Virus record (IMG/VR): IMGVR_UViG_3300005056_000001
Location: 124,001 to 188,000 of that record
Direction: 5' to 3' (one strand)
Length of the DNA: 64,000 nucleotides
Shown: positions 28,355-38,939 of the stretch, piece after piece
Layout: every line of letters begins with the position of its first letter
How positions within the stretch are numbered: the first letter of the stretch is position 1
Notes under the pieces: model-generated
Told to the model about the DNA's origin: nothing
The model's database searches: none
Seen by the model: the letters and a program-made list of their open reading frames with translations, nothing else
Translations under genes and position numbers: made by a program

Positions 28355-30358
28355 ATGGCATTAAGTAAGAGAAATGAAATCGCCTTCAAAAAGGTGATGC
28401 AAGAACAGGTGCTTAAGTTTGTAGTCAACAAGGAGACAGGGGACAAGTTGGACAGAAAGCGATTGGCAGACACCGTAAATGTGGCATTGGCAATTTTCAA
28501 TGCAATGGAGGACGGACACAAAGAAATCCAAATTCAGGCCCCAACAGGCTCGGGGAAATCTTTGTTGGCCTTTATACAAGGACTCCATGCAGAGAACATA
28601 TACACCGAAAACAAGAAAGATTCGGTTAAAAACTTTATTCCTTATACAGACGATGATGGCGAAAGGGTAAACACTCCACCAAGCATACCCAAGGCCTGTT
28701 ATATCGTGACGCCAAGGAAAAGCCTTCAGGAACAATACGACAGGGACATAAAGAAATTTGGTCTCAATGCGCCTGTATTGAAGGGTCAGAATTCATATCC
28801 CTGTATTATTGACAGGAGCCGCACGTTCGCAAAACGGCCTTGCTCAAAACATTCCATACGCAAATTGAAGACTGAGATGGCGTGTGCAAAAGACTGTCCT
28901 TACCTGATTGCTAGGGATGGTGCCATCAATTCAAATATCTGTGTAATGAACAATCACTACCTAATGACGGTGTTGTTAAATGAGCACGAGGGGTTTAAGG
29001 CAAGAGATATTCTAATTATTGACGAGTCGCACAAGTTTACCGAAGACTTGAGACAAATGTATTCTGTGAGTGTGTTATATAATATCAGGAAAAAAGATCT
29101 GATTGATGCACTCAAGCAGTTACAAAATTTTGCCCCTGAAATCCCTCTTGTATATGAGCGAATTTTTGATGACATCTATGAGGTATCCGAAATACTAGAC
29201 ACCATCGACCACGAATCAAAAGGTGACGATTGGATCGACAATGTTCCTAGCATAGTAAAACATCTTGGAAGTGTTAGCGTCGGAATGAAAAGTATTGTAG
29301 AGGACATCAAAGAAAGCCTTGACAAAAAAGACATGGACGGTGAATTGGTCTTCAATACGATACACACCGACGAAATGAAAGATGTGTTGGCAGAGTATGC
29401 CAATGACTCCGATGTTATTGGGCGTATATACGAATCAGTCAAGGACGACACATCAAACCTAATCATAGATATAATTGAAGACACCCAAGATCCCACAAAA
29501 AACGGGCTTAAGTTTTCTGTAATGCATATTGACAAAATGTACAAAAAACTTTTTGCCGATTTCAAACACATAATATTCATGTCGGCAACTCCTCCAAAAA
29601 CGTTTTTTGACGAATTGGGAGTAGAGGATGGCAAGCGTTTGCTCATTAAATCGAAATTTTCGACAAAAACCGCACCTGTTATTATACCAAGAGATATGGT
29701 ACTGTCAATGTCCTACAAAAACAGAGACGACAACTTTGAGGAAATGTTTCAGAACGTCGAAAAGATTTGCGACTTTCACCTGACAAAACCACAACTGCCC
29801 AACAACGGATTTATCCACACAGGAAGTTATTTGTTCCAATCCAAGATGCAGGAGTATTTCTATAACCACCCAATGAACGAAAATTTTATTTGGTGTGATG
29901 TGGCATCCGATATCGAGGCAGGCATGACACACCTAGAAGAGAATCCAAACGAGGGTATTATTTTGGTGTCTCCTTCTATACTTGAGGGTGTGGACGGCAA
30001 AGAAGCCACCGCACGGTTTCAAATTGCCCTAAAGTGTCCATATCCATCAATGGCAGACAGATACATCCAACGCCTATTAAAGGAAAACGAAACTCTATAC
30101 AGAGAAATGGTCAGACGTGGAATCGAACAACTAATAGGCCGTGTACAGCGAACACCAAAGGATGTCGGGATCACCTATCTATTGGACGAGTCGTTTTCGT
30201 TCTTCTTGAAAAAGAATCCTGTGAACCCACATGTCCGTGCCAAGATTAAACGTGTGGTATTCTCTGATATCATGAAGGTGCTCAAGGACGTAAAGCTTTG
30301 GCGTGACAGACCCCTAACCAAGATTATTGCAGGAGATTATAAGGGGCTGTATATGTAG
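28355..30358 (+). CDS. DinG/Rad3-family SF2 helicase
   Basis: APTGSGKS, Cys cluster, DESH, MSAT, EGVD, QLIGRVQR. Confidence 0.92.
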   Translation: MALSKRNEIAFKKVMQEQVLKFVVNKETGDKLDRKRLADTVNVALAIFNAMEDGHKEIQIQAPTGSGKSLLAFIQGLHAENIYTENKKDSVKNFIPYTDDDGERVNTPPSIPKACYIVTPRKSLQEQYDRDIKKFGLNAPVLKGQNSYPCIIDRSRTFAKRPCSKHSIRKLKTEMACAKDCPYLIARDGAINSNICVMNNHYLMTVLLNEHEGFKARDILIIDESHKFTEDLRQMYSVSVLYNIRKKDLIDALKQLQNFAPEIPLVYERIFDDIYEVSEILDTIDHESKGDDWIDNVPSIVKHLGSVSVGMKSIVEDIKESLDKKDMDGELVFNTIHTDEMKDVLAEYANDSDVIGRIYESVKDDTSNLIIDIIEDTQDPTKNGLKFSVMHIDKMYKKLFADFKHIIFMSATPPKTFFDELGVEDGKRLLIKSKFSTKTAPVIIPRDMVLSMSYKNRDDNFEEMFQNVEKICDFHLTKPQLPNNGFIHTGSYLFQSKMQEYFYNHPMNENFIWCDVASDIEAGMTHLEENPNEGIILVSPSILEGVDGKEATARFQIALKCPYPSMADRYIQRLLKENETLYREMVRRGIEQLIGRVQRTPKDVGITYLLDESFSFFLKKNPVNPHVRAKIKRVVFSDIMKVLKDVKLWRDRPLTKIIAGDYKGLYM

Positions 30359-30403
30359 TGTGCTTTTGGATGTAATACTAATAATTGATTAAACAAGATA
30401 ACA

Positions 30404-31192
30404 ATGAAAACGACATTCACAAAGGAGTACCTAAGAACCGTCACGAATTCTTTTGAACAGAATACAGTAGACGGAATATCGTTTGGTGAAAATGAAGAAG
30501 TGACACTACAAGTACTTTTTGATTACATGAACATCGAAGATTTTATTCGGTTATTATGCCGAAAATCGGATCTCACAACAACACAACTACAAACATTTGC
30601 CGTAAAGAACGCAAGCCATGTACTTCCTTTGTACGAGAAACAATACCCAAACGATAAGACTATGCGTGAGTGTATAGAATGCACCAAGCTATATTTGAAC
30701 AAAGAGGCTACAATACAAGAATTGAAAGGAAAACGTGACAATTGCAGGAGCACATGGGCGGTTACTAATAATGTTTCAAATATTGCCTATAACGCCACGA
30801 GAACAGCTTCAACTGCTGCCAATACTGACACATCTGCTGCTGCCCATTATGCGGCCACAATCATTGACAGCACTATTGCACATTGTGCCGTTCTAGTAGC
30901 GTCTATTGTTTTTGGTACCGCCAATGTTGCCTTAAATAAGGCTATAGGTATCAAACACCTTGATAGTATTGTTTTTGGCGTCGCTTTCGATGCCGTGTTT
31001 GCCACATCTTCTAATGACATTCCTGATTTTGATACTGTTGATTATAGATATCATACTTGCTATCACTCTGTTGACAATGTCGAGGCCTACGATTTAGCCA
31101 CGGCTACACTCAGTGCTGCTACTAATGTTACGGCATTCGACTACAGAGAAATGGTCAGGAAATTCGTGTTTGAGACATTACAATACAGTTAA
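30404..31192 (+). CDS. Imm5-like domain protein with an Ala-rich tail
   Basis: FA...A.HVLPLYEKQYPND...RECIE. Confidence 0.6.
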   Translation: MKTTFTKEYLRTVTNSFEQNTVDGISFGENEEVTLQVLFDYMNIEDFIRLLCRKSDLTTTQLQTFAVKNASHVLPLYEKQYPNDKTMRECIECTKLYLNKEATIQELKGKRDNCRSTWAVTNNVSNIAYNATRTASTAANTDTSAAAHYAATIIDSTIAHCAVLVASIVFGTANVALNKAIGIKHLDSIVFGVAFDAVFATSSNDIPDFDTVDYRYHTCYHSVDNVEAYDLATATLSAATNVTAFDYREMVRKFVFETLQYS

Positions 31193-31203
31193 AACGTTAC
31201 GAC

Positions 31204-31238
31204 CAAATATTGACAAACCAAATATTGACAAACCAAAT
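31204..31238. repeat. 15-bp tandem repeat CCAAATATTGACAAA
   Basis: two full copies plus a partial copy. Confidence 0.8.
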
Positions 31239-31255
31239 TCTAACAAAACACAACA

Positions 31256-32146
31256 ATGAAAACGACATTCACAAAGGAGTATATGCTCAATAAAAATGGT
31301 CGGGACACCCCCGACTATATAGACAAAATCCCGTTTGACGAAAACGAGGAGATTACGTTACAGGGTCTTTTTGACTGTATGGATATTGGACATTTTAATG
31401 AGGTTTTGTGTGAGAATGCAGAACTTACAGACATCCAACTACAATCATTTGCCCTTGCAAACGCAAAACATGTCTTGTCTATTTATGAAAAAAAGAATCC
31501 TGAATGTGACATTGTGCGTGAGTGTATTAACCATGCAGATCGTTATTTGGCAGGGATGTCTACCATACAGGAAGTACAAAGATTCAGACACAAGGCATTG
31601 TCGGTATCAAAGGGTGGGAAAGTTGGATTCGCAAATGTATATAGTGCTGCACGCTCTGCTAGTACTGCTGCTTATTGTGCATACACAAGCCTAGATAAGG
31701 ACACAATTGCTGCAACTGCGGCTTTCCATGCAGACCAAGCAGTTAACTATGCCGTATTATACAATTGTGTCACCACGTCCTCCTACAAAGAAATGATCCG
31801 AGTTTTTGTATTCGAGACTATATTCCCAAAACAACCCGAAAAAACAACAAAACAGGTAAACGACAGCATAGAAGAAGATCTAAAAATCCAACACGAAGGA
31901 GATGTTTTTGCCTATGTTTATATGCAAAAAGCATCCGATATTTTCTTTTTTACACGAGAGTGTTATGTTATCAAAAAAGGTATTGTCTTTCTTATAGAAA
32001 AATCGGGACATGTACCAACAGCCAATACCGTGTTTGACACAGTAAACGACTGTACCAATATTGGGAAATATGACCCTGAAGCAGACTATCACAGGACAAG
32101 CACCGACTATGACTATGGAGAGGTTGTAAAAATGTCGGGGTTGTAA
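31256..32146 (+). CDS. Imm5-like domain protein, paralog of 30404
   Basis: identical MKTTFTKEY start and shared core. Confidence 0.6.
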   Translation: MKTTFTKEYMLNKNGRDTPDYIDKIPFDENEEITLQGLFDCMDIGHFNEVLCENAELTDIQLQSFALANAKHVLSIYEKKNPECDIVRECINHADRYLAGMSTIQEVQRFRHKALSVSKGGKVGFANVYSAARSASTAAYCAYTSLDKDTIAATAAFHADQAVNYAVLYNCVTTSSYKEMIRVFVFETIFPKQPEKTTKQVNDSIEEDLKIQHEGDVFAYVYMQKASDIFFFTRECYVIKKGIVFLIEKSGHVPTANTVFDTVNDCTNIGKYDPEADYHRTSTDYDYGEVVKMSGL

Positions 32147-32180
32147 TGAATAAAAACATATATTAAATAAAACAATAAAA

Positions 32181-32849
32181 ATGAAAGACAACAAGGAAAA
32201 TATCAACGAGGTGAACGACATAAGGTCATGGGCATCATACTCAAAGAATCAAAGAACCAAAAGAATGGAACCATTCTTGGATAGTTTTTTGCCGCTACTA
32301 AAGACAAAAACAGAGGTTCATGAGTCGAAAAACGGTAGTTACGGCGTGCGTTACGAGCAGGGTTTTTTAGATTTTTATCCTAAATCCGACAAGTTATTGG
32401 TTAGAAGTAAAAACAAATGGCTTACTGATGGTGTGTTTTTCCTGTGTGGGATTTTTTCGTTGGAATTTGAACCAAAAACCGAAAACGCCGATGTGAAATT
32501 TAAACCAAAAAAACAAAACGCCGATGTAAATTGGGAAGGTGAATACAAGATGGTCGAAGACTTCCTGACTCAATTATTGGGCCCGCAATACAACGTTGAT
32601 ATGTTGCAGGGCAATGCCACAAACGTGATAGATGCCATCAAAAAATTGGCATGTATTAATTCTGTCAAAACAACATGGAGATTTGTGGCATGGGAAAACC
32701 AAGTCGATCACGATAAGGATGTTCCATTTTTTCTTAAAGATTTTACCAATTTTAACGAGATGAAATTATTTAGTGCAGAGCATCACAACTCCGAATCGTA
32801 TCCCAATTACATTTCTGATTATATTAAAATCATGCCAAATGGCGAGTAA
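32181..32849 (+). CDS. hypothetical protein
   Basis: ORF with an internal 33-bp tandem duplication. Confidence 0.65.
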   Translation: MKDNKENINEVNDIRSWASYSKNQRTKRMEPFLDSFLPLLKTKTEVHESKNGSYGVRYEQGFLDFYPKSDKLLVRSKNKWLTDGVFFLCGIFSLEFEPKTENADVKFKPKKQNADVNWEGEYKMVEDFLTQLLGPQYNVDMLQGNATNVIDAIKKLACINSVKTTWRFVAWENQVDHDKDVPFFLKDFTNFNEMKLFSAEHHNSESYPNYISDYIKIMPNGE

Positions 32850-32873
32850 TTTTAAACACTTAAAAAAGAGAAG

Positions 32874-33074
32874 ATGATACAAAAAGAAGATTGGATGTTC
32901 AAGGGTGCCATTATTTTGGCACTAGGCGAAAAAGGGGTTATCACCAAAATGCCCGAAACTACCATTAAGGGGATTGATTATGTGTATTCTATGTTTGTTA
33001 AGCTTGAAGGCGAAAAACAGGCAGGTAAATATCATCCTGACGACATTAAAGAGCTTGTGGTTCCTGTGGTTTAA
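32874..33074 (+). CDS. small hypothetical protein
   Basis: ORF followed by a terminator. Confidence 0.55.
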   Translation: MIQKEDWMFKGAIILALGEKGVITKMPETTIKGIDYVYSMFVKLEGEKQAGKYHPDDIKELVVPVV

Positions 33075-33096
33075 CAACAACAAAGACAATCGAAGT

Positions 33097-33141
33097 CAAT
33101 AAAAAAGACTCTACATAATTAATGTAGAGTCTTTTTTATTG
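33097..33141. terminator. bidirectional terminator
   Basis: CAATAAAAAAGACTCTACAT...ATGTAGAGTCTTTTTTATTG. Confidence 0.75.
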
Positions 33142-33165
33142 CTTGGGTATCCTGTCAATTAAAAT

Positions 33166-33528
33166 CTAACGCAATGTCTTTTTTATTACCTTATGTGTTA
33201 GTGCGGTCTCCAACTCGTAATCATAATCGGGATCTAAAACGGCTTCCAATAGATTTGCCTTGTGAACCTCTTCTAGTGTGATGTCGAAATGATTGAGTAT
33301 ATCCACAAACATCAAGGCTATATTTTCTTTATGGTCTTCTACCGAAATGTAGCTTGCTTGATTAATGGCGATTAGCTGAATTATGGCATGTCCCAAGGAT
33401 ATACCACAAGATCTATTGATAGGCGGAAGTCTAAACGAAATGCGCTCTTTGCTGTTACTATTGGTGCTTGTGTTTAGGTTCACGGCTTGACTTTCATGAT
33501 TGCCAATTTCTGTTATTTTCATTTTCAT
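33166..33528 (-). CDS. hypothetical protein
   Basis: ORF. Confidence 0.55.
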   Translation of the reverse strand: MKMKITEIGNHESQAVNLNTSTNSNSKERISFRLPPINRSCGISLGHAIIQLIAINQASYISVEDHKENIALMFVDILNHFDITLEEVHKANLLEAVLDPDYDYELETALTHKVIKKTLR

Positions 33529-33649
33529 TATTTAGTGTAATACAATACATTTTATTATAAGGCTGTAATATACGAAAATAATATCATTATTCCGCAATGG
33601 TCACATTTAGTTTGGTGACGAAAAGAAACTTTGAAATAAAACAAAGTAT

Positions 33650-33712
33650 TTTTACGTAAAACTTGCGTAATCCAAAACCTTGTTGTAGATTCGTTGTATA
33701 CCAAGAAGGTAG
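33650..33712 (+). promoter_or_regulatory. repeated early promoter with 5' stem-loop
   Basis: TTTTACGTAAAA-C-TTGCGT-N17-TAGATTCG, then TACC AAGAA GGTA. Confidence 0.8.
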
Positions 33713-33740
33713 CAACAGAAAAACATAAAAAACGAATATC

Positions 33741-34103
33741 ATGAATACTTCTAACAATACCAACAATACCACTACGATTACAATCAAACACAGATACACA
33801 GGAAAAACAATCCATAAGAGTATATCTGTGGGTAACACACTACGCAAAACTGCTTTGGAAGCGGTGAGATTGAGTGTGGATTTAAGTTATGCTGACCTGC
33901 ATAATATAGACCTAAGCGATTCTGACCTAACACATGCAAGTCTTATGTGTGCCAATTTAAATGGTGCCAACCTAAGAGGTGTGAATTTTTATGGTGCGGA
34001 CTTAGAAGAGGTAGACATGAGAGGTGCAGATATGGCGGGTGCATCTTTAACTGATGCATATACCGTGGGAATGTTTCCTCTTGTACCCGCCTTGAACTAT
34101 TAA
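33741..34103 (+). CDS. pentapeptide repeat protein
   Basis: ADLHN/SDLTH/ANLNG/ANLRG/ADLEE/ADMAG. Confidence 0.92.
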   Translation: MNTSNNTNNTTTITIKHRYTGKTIHKSISVGNTLRKTALEAVRLSVDLSYADLHNIDLSDSDLTHASLMCANLNGANLRGVNFYGADLEEVDMRGADMAGASLTDAYTVGMFPLVPALNY

Positions 34104-34138
34104 GTCCATAGCTCATTGACGACTTATTTTTTCATAGC

Positions 34139-34180
34139 AACAAGCCACAGCTCCTATAATAGGCGGTTGTGGCTTGTTTT
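34139..34180 (+). terminator. terminator hairpin (stem shared with 49881-49922)
   Basis: AACAAGCCACA...TGTGGCTTGTT. Confidence 0.7.
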
Positions 34181-34343
34181 TGGTTAGTGACGCAAAATAA
34201 AGGTAATTTAAATCGTGTATCTCAAACACTTGTTGTATATTACATCACTTCAAAATTATAAGGACAGAAAATAGAATTGGTAAAATAGAAGTCCTATAAT
34301 TTAGTCATAAAACCATTACAGAAACGGACTTAAAAGTATAAAA

Positions 34344-34982
34344 ATGAGTTGGCAGACAAAAAAGCTTTTGTATGAATTAAAAAACATAGAAATAGCAAAA
34401 TATAACGTAAATTTTAAATTTTTTTATGTACCTTGGAAGTCACAGGTCTTTGTTTATTGTGAGTTTAACAATGTTTTTTCTAGATATACAATGCATGGTG
34501 TTTGGGATAAAAAAGAATCTTTAGTGCTTATGATAGGACATTGGGATATCGAAGAAAAGAAACCATGTAGCTACTTTGAGCAAATATCAGCAGCACTGAA
34601 GGCCTCTATTAAAAGTAAAATAAAGACCATATCGAATGGTGATGTATTCTATGGAGATTCATTTTATTACTCCAATAGTATACTAAACGTATCAAAATTC
34701 GAATTCGGTAAAGTAAAACCATTAACATGGGACACAAGACACTCTTTATTTTACGACTACAAAAAAAAGAAATTCACACTAAATACAAATACAACAGTTC
34801 CTCAATTTCCGACAGGAAGACACGTGTCACGTATTTGTTCCGAAACATTCAAGAACTTGGATTCTTTCTTTGGTGATACCGAATGTTGGGGGGTTTTTGG
34901 TGGTAAGCGATCTAAAGATAACATCGACTACTTTGAAGGATTCTTAAAGGATTTGCAAACAAATAAAAATATTTTTACGTAA
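34344..34982 (+). CDS. hypothetical protein
   Basis: ORF whose stop overlaps the next promoter repeat. Confidence 0.6.
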   Translation: MSWQTKKLLYELKNIEIAKYNVNFKFFYVPWKSQVFVYCEFNNVFSRYTMHGVWDKKESLVLMIGHWDIEEKKPCSYFEQISAALKASIKSKIKTISNGDVFYGDSFYYSNSILNVSKFEFGKVKPLTWDTRHSLFYDYKKKKFTLNTNTTVPQFPTGRHVSRICSETFKNLDSFFGDTECWGVFGGKRSKDNIDYFEGFLKDLQTNKNIFT

Positions 34983-35016
34983 AACTTGCGTAATCAAAAA
35001 ACTTGTTGTAGATTTG
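34973..35016 (+). promoter_or_regulatory. repeated early promoter
   Basis: TTTTACGTAAAA-C-TTGCGT-N17-TAGATTTG. Confidence 0.8.
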
Positions 35017-35049
35017 TATCAACAATTAATCAGGTACTAAAAACACACA

Positions 35050-35286
35050 ATGAAAAATCCGACTTCTTACGTTTTAACTAAAAAAGTAACCGCATACAGC
35101 ACTAACGAGTTGTTAAATTTTGGCGGAAAATGGAGGCTGTATACAGACAATCAAATGTACGGTAAAGAGCCTATAATAAAAGAAAAGAGAATAGAAACCC
35201 TACTAAAGGGAGGCTGTATCAAAAAAGTCTTACTAGACAGGAATTTGGCAATAAATACGGTTACGTACAAGTATGTATTTGTGTAA
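35050..35286 (+). CDS. hypothetical early protein
   Basis: directly behind the promoter repeat. Confidence 0.6.
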   Translation: MKNPTSYVLTKKVTAYSTNELLNFGGKWRLYTDNQMYGKEPIIKEKRIETLLKGGCIKKVLLDRNLAINTVTYKYVFV

Positions 35287-35346
35287 CAAAAGTAACAACA
35301 AGAAGAATTTATTTAAAATTAGAAAACATATAAAACAGCTTTAATT

Positions 35347-35901
35347 ATGGCAACCTTTAAAAGAAATTTCAAGACACAGGCACACCTAGCAACATCAAAG
35401 AGTAATGCGCAAGCACCCATGAACTATATCATCTTCGAGGACGGTAACATAGTGGCCATTAATAGACATATTATACTTGTACAACCATTGACAGGGCATG
35501 GATTCTCTGAAGAAGAGATCGACTGTCTAGAGGGTAAGGCTTTACACCGTGATGCCTTCCAAGAGATTCTGCGCTATGACAGCATAAAAGTAGGTACAAC
35601 AGGTATTACATGCCTAAAGGGCAAGGTCAAAGTAGTATTCCCTTTGGAGACGTTGAAAGAACAGGGTGTTGACCGATTCCCTGAATACAAGTGTTTAATC
35701 CCTGACAATAATAATCCACAAGAGTTAGACACTATCAACCTTGACCTAAGCATTTTGTCAATGGTTACAAAACTAACCCTAAACATCAAGGGTCGGGTAT
35801 CGTTCACTTTCTATGGTCGTCTTAGGGGTTGTGTATTATGTGGTTTGGATGTTGATGAAACTATCTTGGTAATACCTTGTGAGGATGCACAACCAACATA
35901 A
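35347..35901 (+). CDS. beta-sliding-clamp-like fragment protein
   Basis: IVAINRHII...RFPEYKCLIP...LVIP pattern. Confidence 0.45.
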   Translation: MATFKRNFKTQAHLATSKSNAQAPMNYIIFEDGNIVAINRHIILVQPLTGHGFSEEEIDCLEGKALHRDAFQEILRYDSIKVGTTGITCLKGKVKVVFPLETLKEQGVDRFPEYKCLIPDNNNPQELDTINLDLSILSMVTKLTLNIKGRVSFTFYGRLRGCVLCGLDVDETILVIPCEDAQPT

Positions 35902-35930
35902 ACCTTCTGCCAATAAGCGTAGGAAAAATA

Positions 35931-35967
35931 AAAAGAAGCCTGCCCACAAAGGGTGGGCTTCTTTTTT
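35931..35967 (+). terminator. intrinsic terminator
   Basis: AAAGAAGCCTGCCC...GGGTGGGCTTCTTTTTT. Confidence 0.7.
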
Positions 35968-35993
35968 AAACAACAAAACAAAATAAACACTAC

Positions 35994-36566
35994 ATGAAAT
36001 GTTACCAAATAAAAGTAATGTTATTAGAAAAAGGCGATTATGTACGGGTATATCGTGGTTTGGCAAGGGTTCGCAAAGACGAAGTGTTTACCAACAAAGA
36101 AAGAATGGTAGAGGTCGAGATGTTGGACGATAATAGCCTTATAGTCGAAGGGGATATTATTAATGTTGACCGTGATATTGTGTTATACAACACGGACTAT
36201 AAATACTCCATGGAGGTTATGAAATATGTTGCGGCAGAGTACAACATAAAACTTGTACAGGTTGTAAAGGGTGACAAGTATTGTGTGGCAGATGGCGAGG
36301 AATCCTATATCAATCGGAGTTTTATTATCGGTAACGACGAGATTCAATTGGGGATTTATGAGAGTGACGAGCTAAGGTGTGCTTCTTTCTTTCATGAGTT
36401 GGGACATACTATGGTTACTGACGATTTCGCACAGGTTGTTGAAGGAATGTGGCATATAGAAGTAATGGCATGGCGAATTGGCTTTAATACAGCAAAGGGT
36501 TATGATATTTTGTTCAGCGATAGCACAACTAAATGGGCAGAGGAACAAATAGCAACCTATAAGTAG
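35994..36566 (+). CDS. HExxH metallopeptidase-like protein
   Basis: FFHELGH...E..AW. Confidence 0.6.
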   Translation: MKCYQIKVMLLEKGDYVRVYRGLARVRKDEVFTNKERMVEVEMLDDNSLIVEGDIINVDRDIVLYNTDYKYSMEVMKYVAAEYNIKLVQVVKGDKYCVADGEESYINRSFIIGNDEIQLGIYESDELRCASFFHELGHTMVTDDFAQVVEGMWHIEVMAWRIGFNTAKGYDILFSDSTTKWAEEQIATYK

Positions 36567-36615
36567 CAGGCATTGCAGGCGAAAACATCATATAATACCA
36601 TAAAAGCATCAAGAA

Positions 36616-37137
36616 ATGGAACACCAACAAGAATTAATCTCCCTTATAAAATCAAACGCCAATCTAATACATGTTCTTAAGTGTGTCCGTGGGGTCGATT
36701 CTAATTTTTGGTTGGGAGGCGGCACAATCAGAAGCCTTGTGTGGGACAAAATACACAACATAGAGCCCAAAAAGAGTCAGGATTATGATATTATACATTT
36801 CAGTGTCGAAAATGTGACATTGGAACATGACCTCATGCTTCAGCAAAAACTTATGGTTGTTGACCCAACAATACTTTGGGAGGTCTCAAACCTGTTAAGG
36901 CATTCATTTAAACGTAAAAACCTGTATCACGGATGTTCTGATTGGACTGACAAGGCTTCCTGTGTTATGGTTCGATTATTGGCAGACAATTCGATTGATG
37001 TTATTGCGCCACACGGGCTGTCATATGTGTTTAATTGTGTGTTGTCGCCCAACACAACCACAGAGGAATATCTAAAATTCTTACGTAAAAAGAAGTGGCT
37101 CCAACGCTATTCTAAGTTAACATTAAAAATTGATTAA
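36616..37137 (+). CDS. nucleotidyltransferase family protein (DUF925-like)
   Basis: WLGGGTIRSLVWD...DYDIIHF...WEV.N...APHGL...KKW. Confidence 0.8.
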   Translation: MEHQQELISLIKSNANLIHVLKCVRGVDSNFWLGGGTIRSLVWDKIHNIEPKKSQDYDIIHFSVENVTLEHDLMLQQKLMVVDPTILWEVSNLLRHSFKRKNLYHGCSDWTDKASCVMVRLLADNSIDVIAPHGLSYVFNCVLSPNTTTEEYLKFLRKKKWLQRYSKLTLKID

Positions 37138-37141
37138 AAAG

Positions 37142-37666
37142 ATGGAAAATAAAATACCACAAGAAGTACAGGGGATAATGGACATGATCGAGGCACGGGT
37201 TATGGAATATAAAAAGCCGACTCCATACACAATAATATTCCTACGCCACAACCTTGGGCGTGGGTGTAAACTTGGCGAAGGTGTTCAGGATTATAGAATC
37301 GTGTATGAGATATGTTTTGAGGGTGATAGAGCAAGCAGGGCAATGATTTGTAAATACACCTCGAACGATTATAAGATGTTAATTTTTCATAACATTATGG
37401 GATTTATCCCACTAAGCGAAGAAAGTCTCAACAGCATCATAAACCCGACACAAAAAACAAGGTCTTTCTGTCTTGGGAGCAAGGTTAAATTCCAATACGA
37501 CAATGAATGGTCAGAGTTATTAAATGAAGATATTCGTTCAATCGACTATTGCCTGTTGGGATTCGACTCGACCCGTTTTATCCTAATCAAATGGGAAGAC
37601 AGAGGAGGAATAGACATAATTATAAAAGAAAGAAATATTTATTCGACCCTAGAGTTGGTGGATTAG
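37142..37666 (+). CDS. hypothetical protein
   Basis: ORF. Confidence 0.6.
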   Translation: MENKIPQEVQGIMDMIEARVMEYKKPTPYTIIFLRHNLGRGCKLGEGVQDYRIVYEICFEGDRASRAMICKYTSNDYKMLIFHNIMGFIPLSEESLNSIINPTQKTRSFCLGSKVKFQYDNEWSELLNEDIRSIDYCLLGFDSTRFILIKWEDRGGIDIIIKERNIYSTLELVD

Positions 37667-37703
37667 TTTTTTGTGGTTATATTGCGACATAAAAATAATA
37701 CAA

Positions 37704-38078
37704 ATGATAAAGGAACTTGAACAATTAGAGCTAGTCACATCCGATGGATACCTAGAACAGCTCGTGTATGAATCAATAAAAAGCTTTGAGGCATATTGGA
37801 CAAATCGTGTGGACATGGCTTATGGTGTCACAAACATTGAGTTTGATGTTGGTATAGAAGTGTTAGTTAAAAGCGCAATCGGCACATCTATCAAATTTAA
37901 TTTAGTCAGTGCGAATTTTTGTCCAAGGAATGGTATCGGTTGGATACATAAAGGCTCGTTTGGTGTATGTGAATTATTTGTACAACTATCAGGAATTTAT
38001 CAAAAGGGTGCAACACCACAAAGCATGGCTGTCCTTCTTCGAACATTACACGAAAATCTAACAAAAATAATAAAATAA
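37704..38078 (+). CDS. hypothetical protein
   Basis: ORF. Confidence 0.6.
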   Translation: MIKELEQLELVTSDGYLEQLVYESIKSFEAYWTNRVDMAYGVTNIEFDVGIEVLVKSAIGTSIKFNLVSANFCPRNGIGWIHKGSFGVCELFVQLSGIYQKGATPQSMAVLLRTLHENLTKIIK

Positions 38079-38539
38079 TGGGAGTATCAACAACAGCAAT
38101 AATCCACAAGGGTATAAGTATTGAAAAAATTAAAGACTGTATCGAAAAAACATACGGTGAGGTGACAATATACAAAACGGGTATGGATAATTTTGTAACA
38201 TTTTTATTCAAAGTATACAATCGCACACGAAAACTGTCAATCTTTGGCGGAACTTATGCACAAGACGACCACGGTATTGATGGCATAGTTTTATCAATGA
38301 GTGGTAATAGTGCGTATATTTTTGCTGTCCTAAACAACATCCTAAAGGAGTTCGGGGGGTATATGGAGCACAACGATGTATTCATGCCCATAAATATCGA
38401 ACAGTTCAACAAGGGAGCCAATTTAACACCCAAAGAATTATTGGTAAATGACATAATCAGCACCGTTGGTTACGAACACCTAACAGAAATACTTGGATTA
38501 TTTGAGAAACATTCACTATTAACACAAGATAAAACATGA
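38078..38539 (+). CDS. hypothetical protein
   Basis: coupled ORF. Confidence 0.65.
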   Translation: MGVSTTAIIHKGISIEKIKDCIEKTYGEVTIYKTGMDNFVTFLFKVYNRTRKLSIFGGTYAQDDHGIDGIVLSMSGNSAYIFAVLNNILKEFGGYMEHNDVFMPINIEQFNKGANLTPKELLVNDIISTVGYEHLTEILGLFEKHSLLTQDKT

Positions 38540-38934
38540 ATAGCCACATGAAAAAGTATTCAATGCTAGACTATGAGAGTTGTAAAGGCAGACTGCCAAA
38601 ATGGATTATTATTAATTCTGTTACAAGAGGGCCTGTCCTTATTATTGGTGTGGTAGAATGGCATCGAGACCTTCTGAACGACACCGCCAACTATACTAAA
38701 GAAGACCAAGTATTGGGAGGAGGCGAATTTCGCAAAAGTAGACGCAACAAGGAACTATTTTTGTTTGGAGAATCAGGGGATTATGGAAAATGTGACGTGG
38801 AGGATGTTATGGGTGCATTCGAGAACTATGACAATATTCCTGCCGATCTAAAGGATTATTCGGTACGTTTCTCGACATTGATTAGTGCCTACACGGCCAC
38901 CAAAGAAGAAAATTCGATAAATATCAAAAAATAA
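38536..38934 (+). CDS. hypothetical protein, paralog of 38940
   Basis: PKWII...G.V..HR.L...GGG...G.S...G.C. Confidence 0.65.
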   Translation: MNSHMKKYSMLDYESCKGRLPKWIIINSVTRGPVLIIGVVEWHRDLLNDTANYTKEDQVLGGGEFRKSRRNKELFLFGESGDYGKCDVEDVMGAFENYDNIPADLKDYSVRFSTLISAYTATKEENSINIKK

Positions 38935-38939
38935 ACATC

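Noticed and set aside
30404-32146. Diversity-generating retroelement target pair
   Set aside because: There is no reverse transcriptase in the window and no near-identical TR/VR pair differing only at adenines.
33555-33847. ORFs containing ITQVLRK (also 49749..49961 and 51155..51424)
   Set aside because: The shared peptide is just the promoter repeat translated on the opposite strand.
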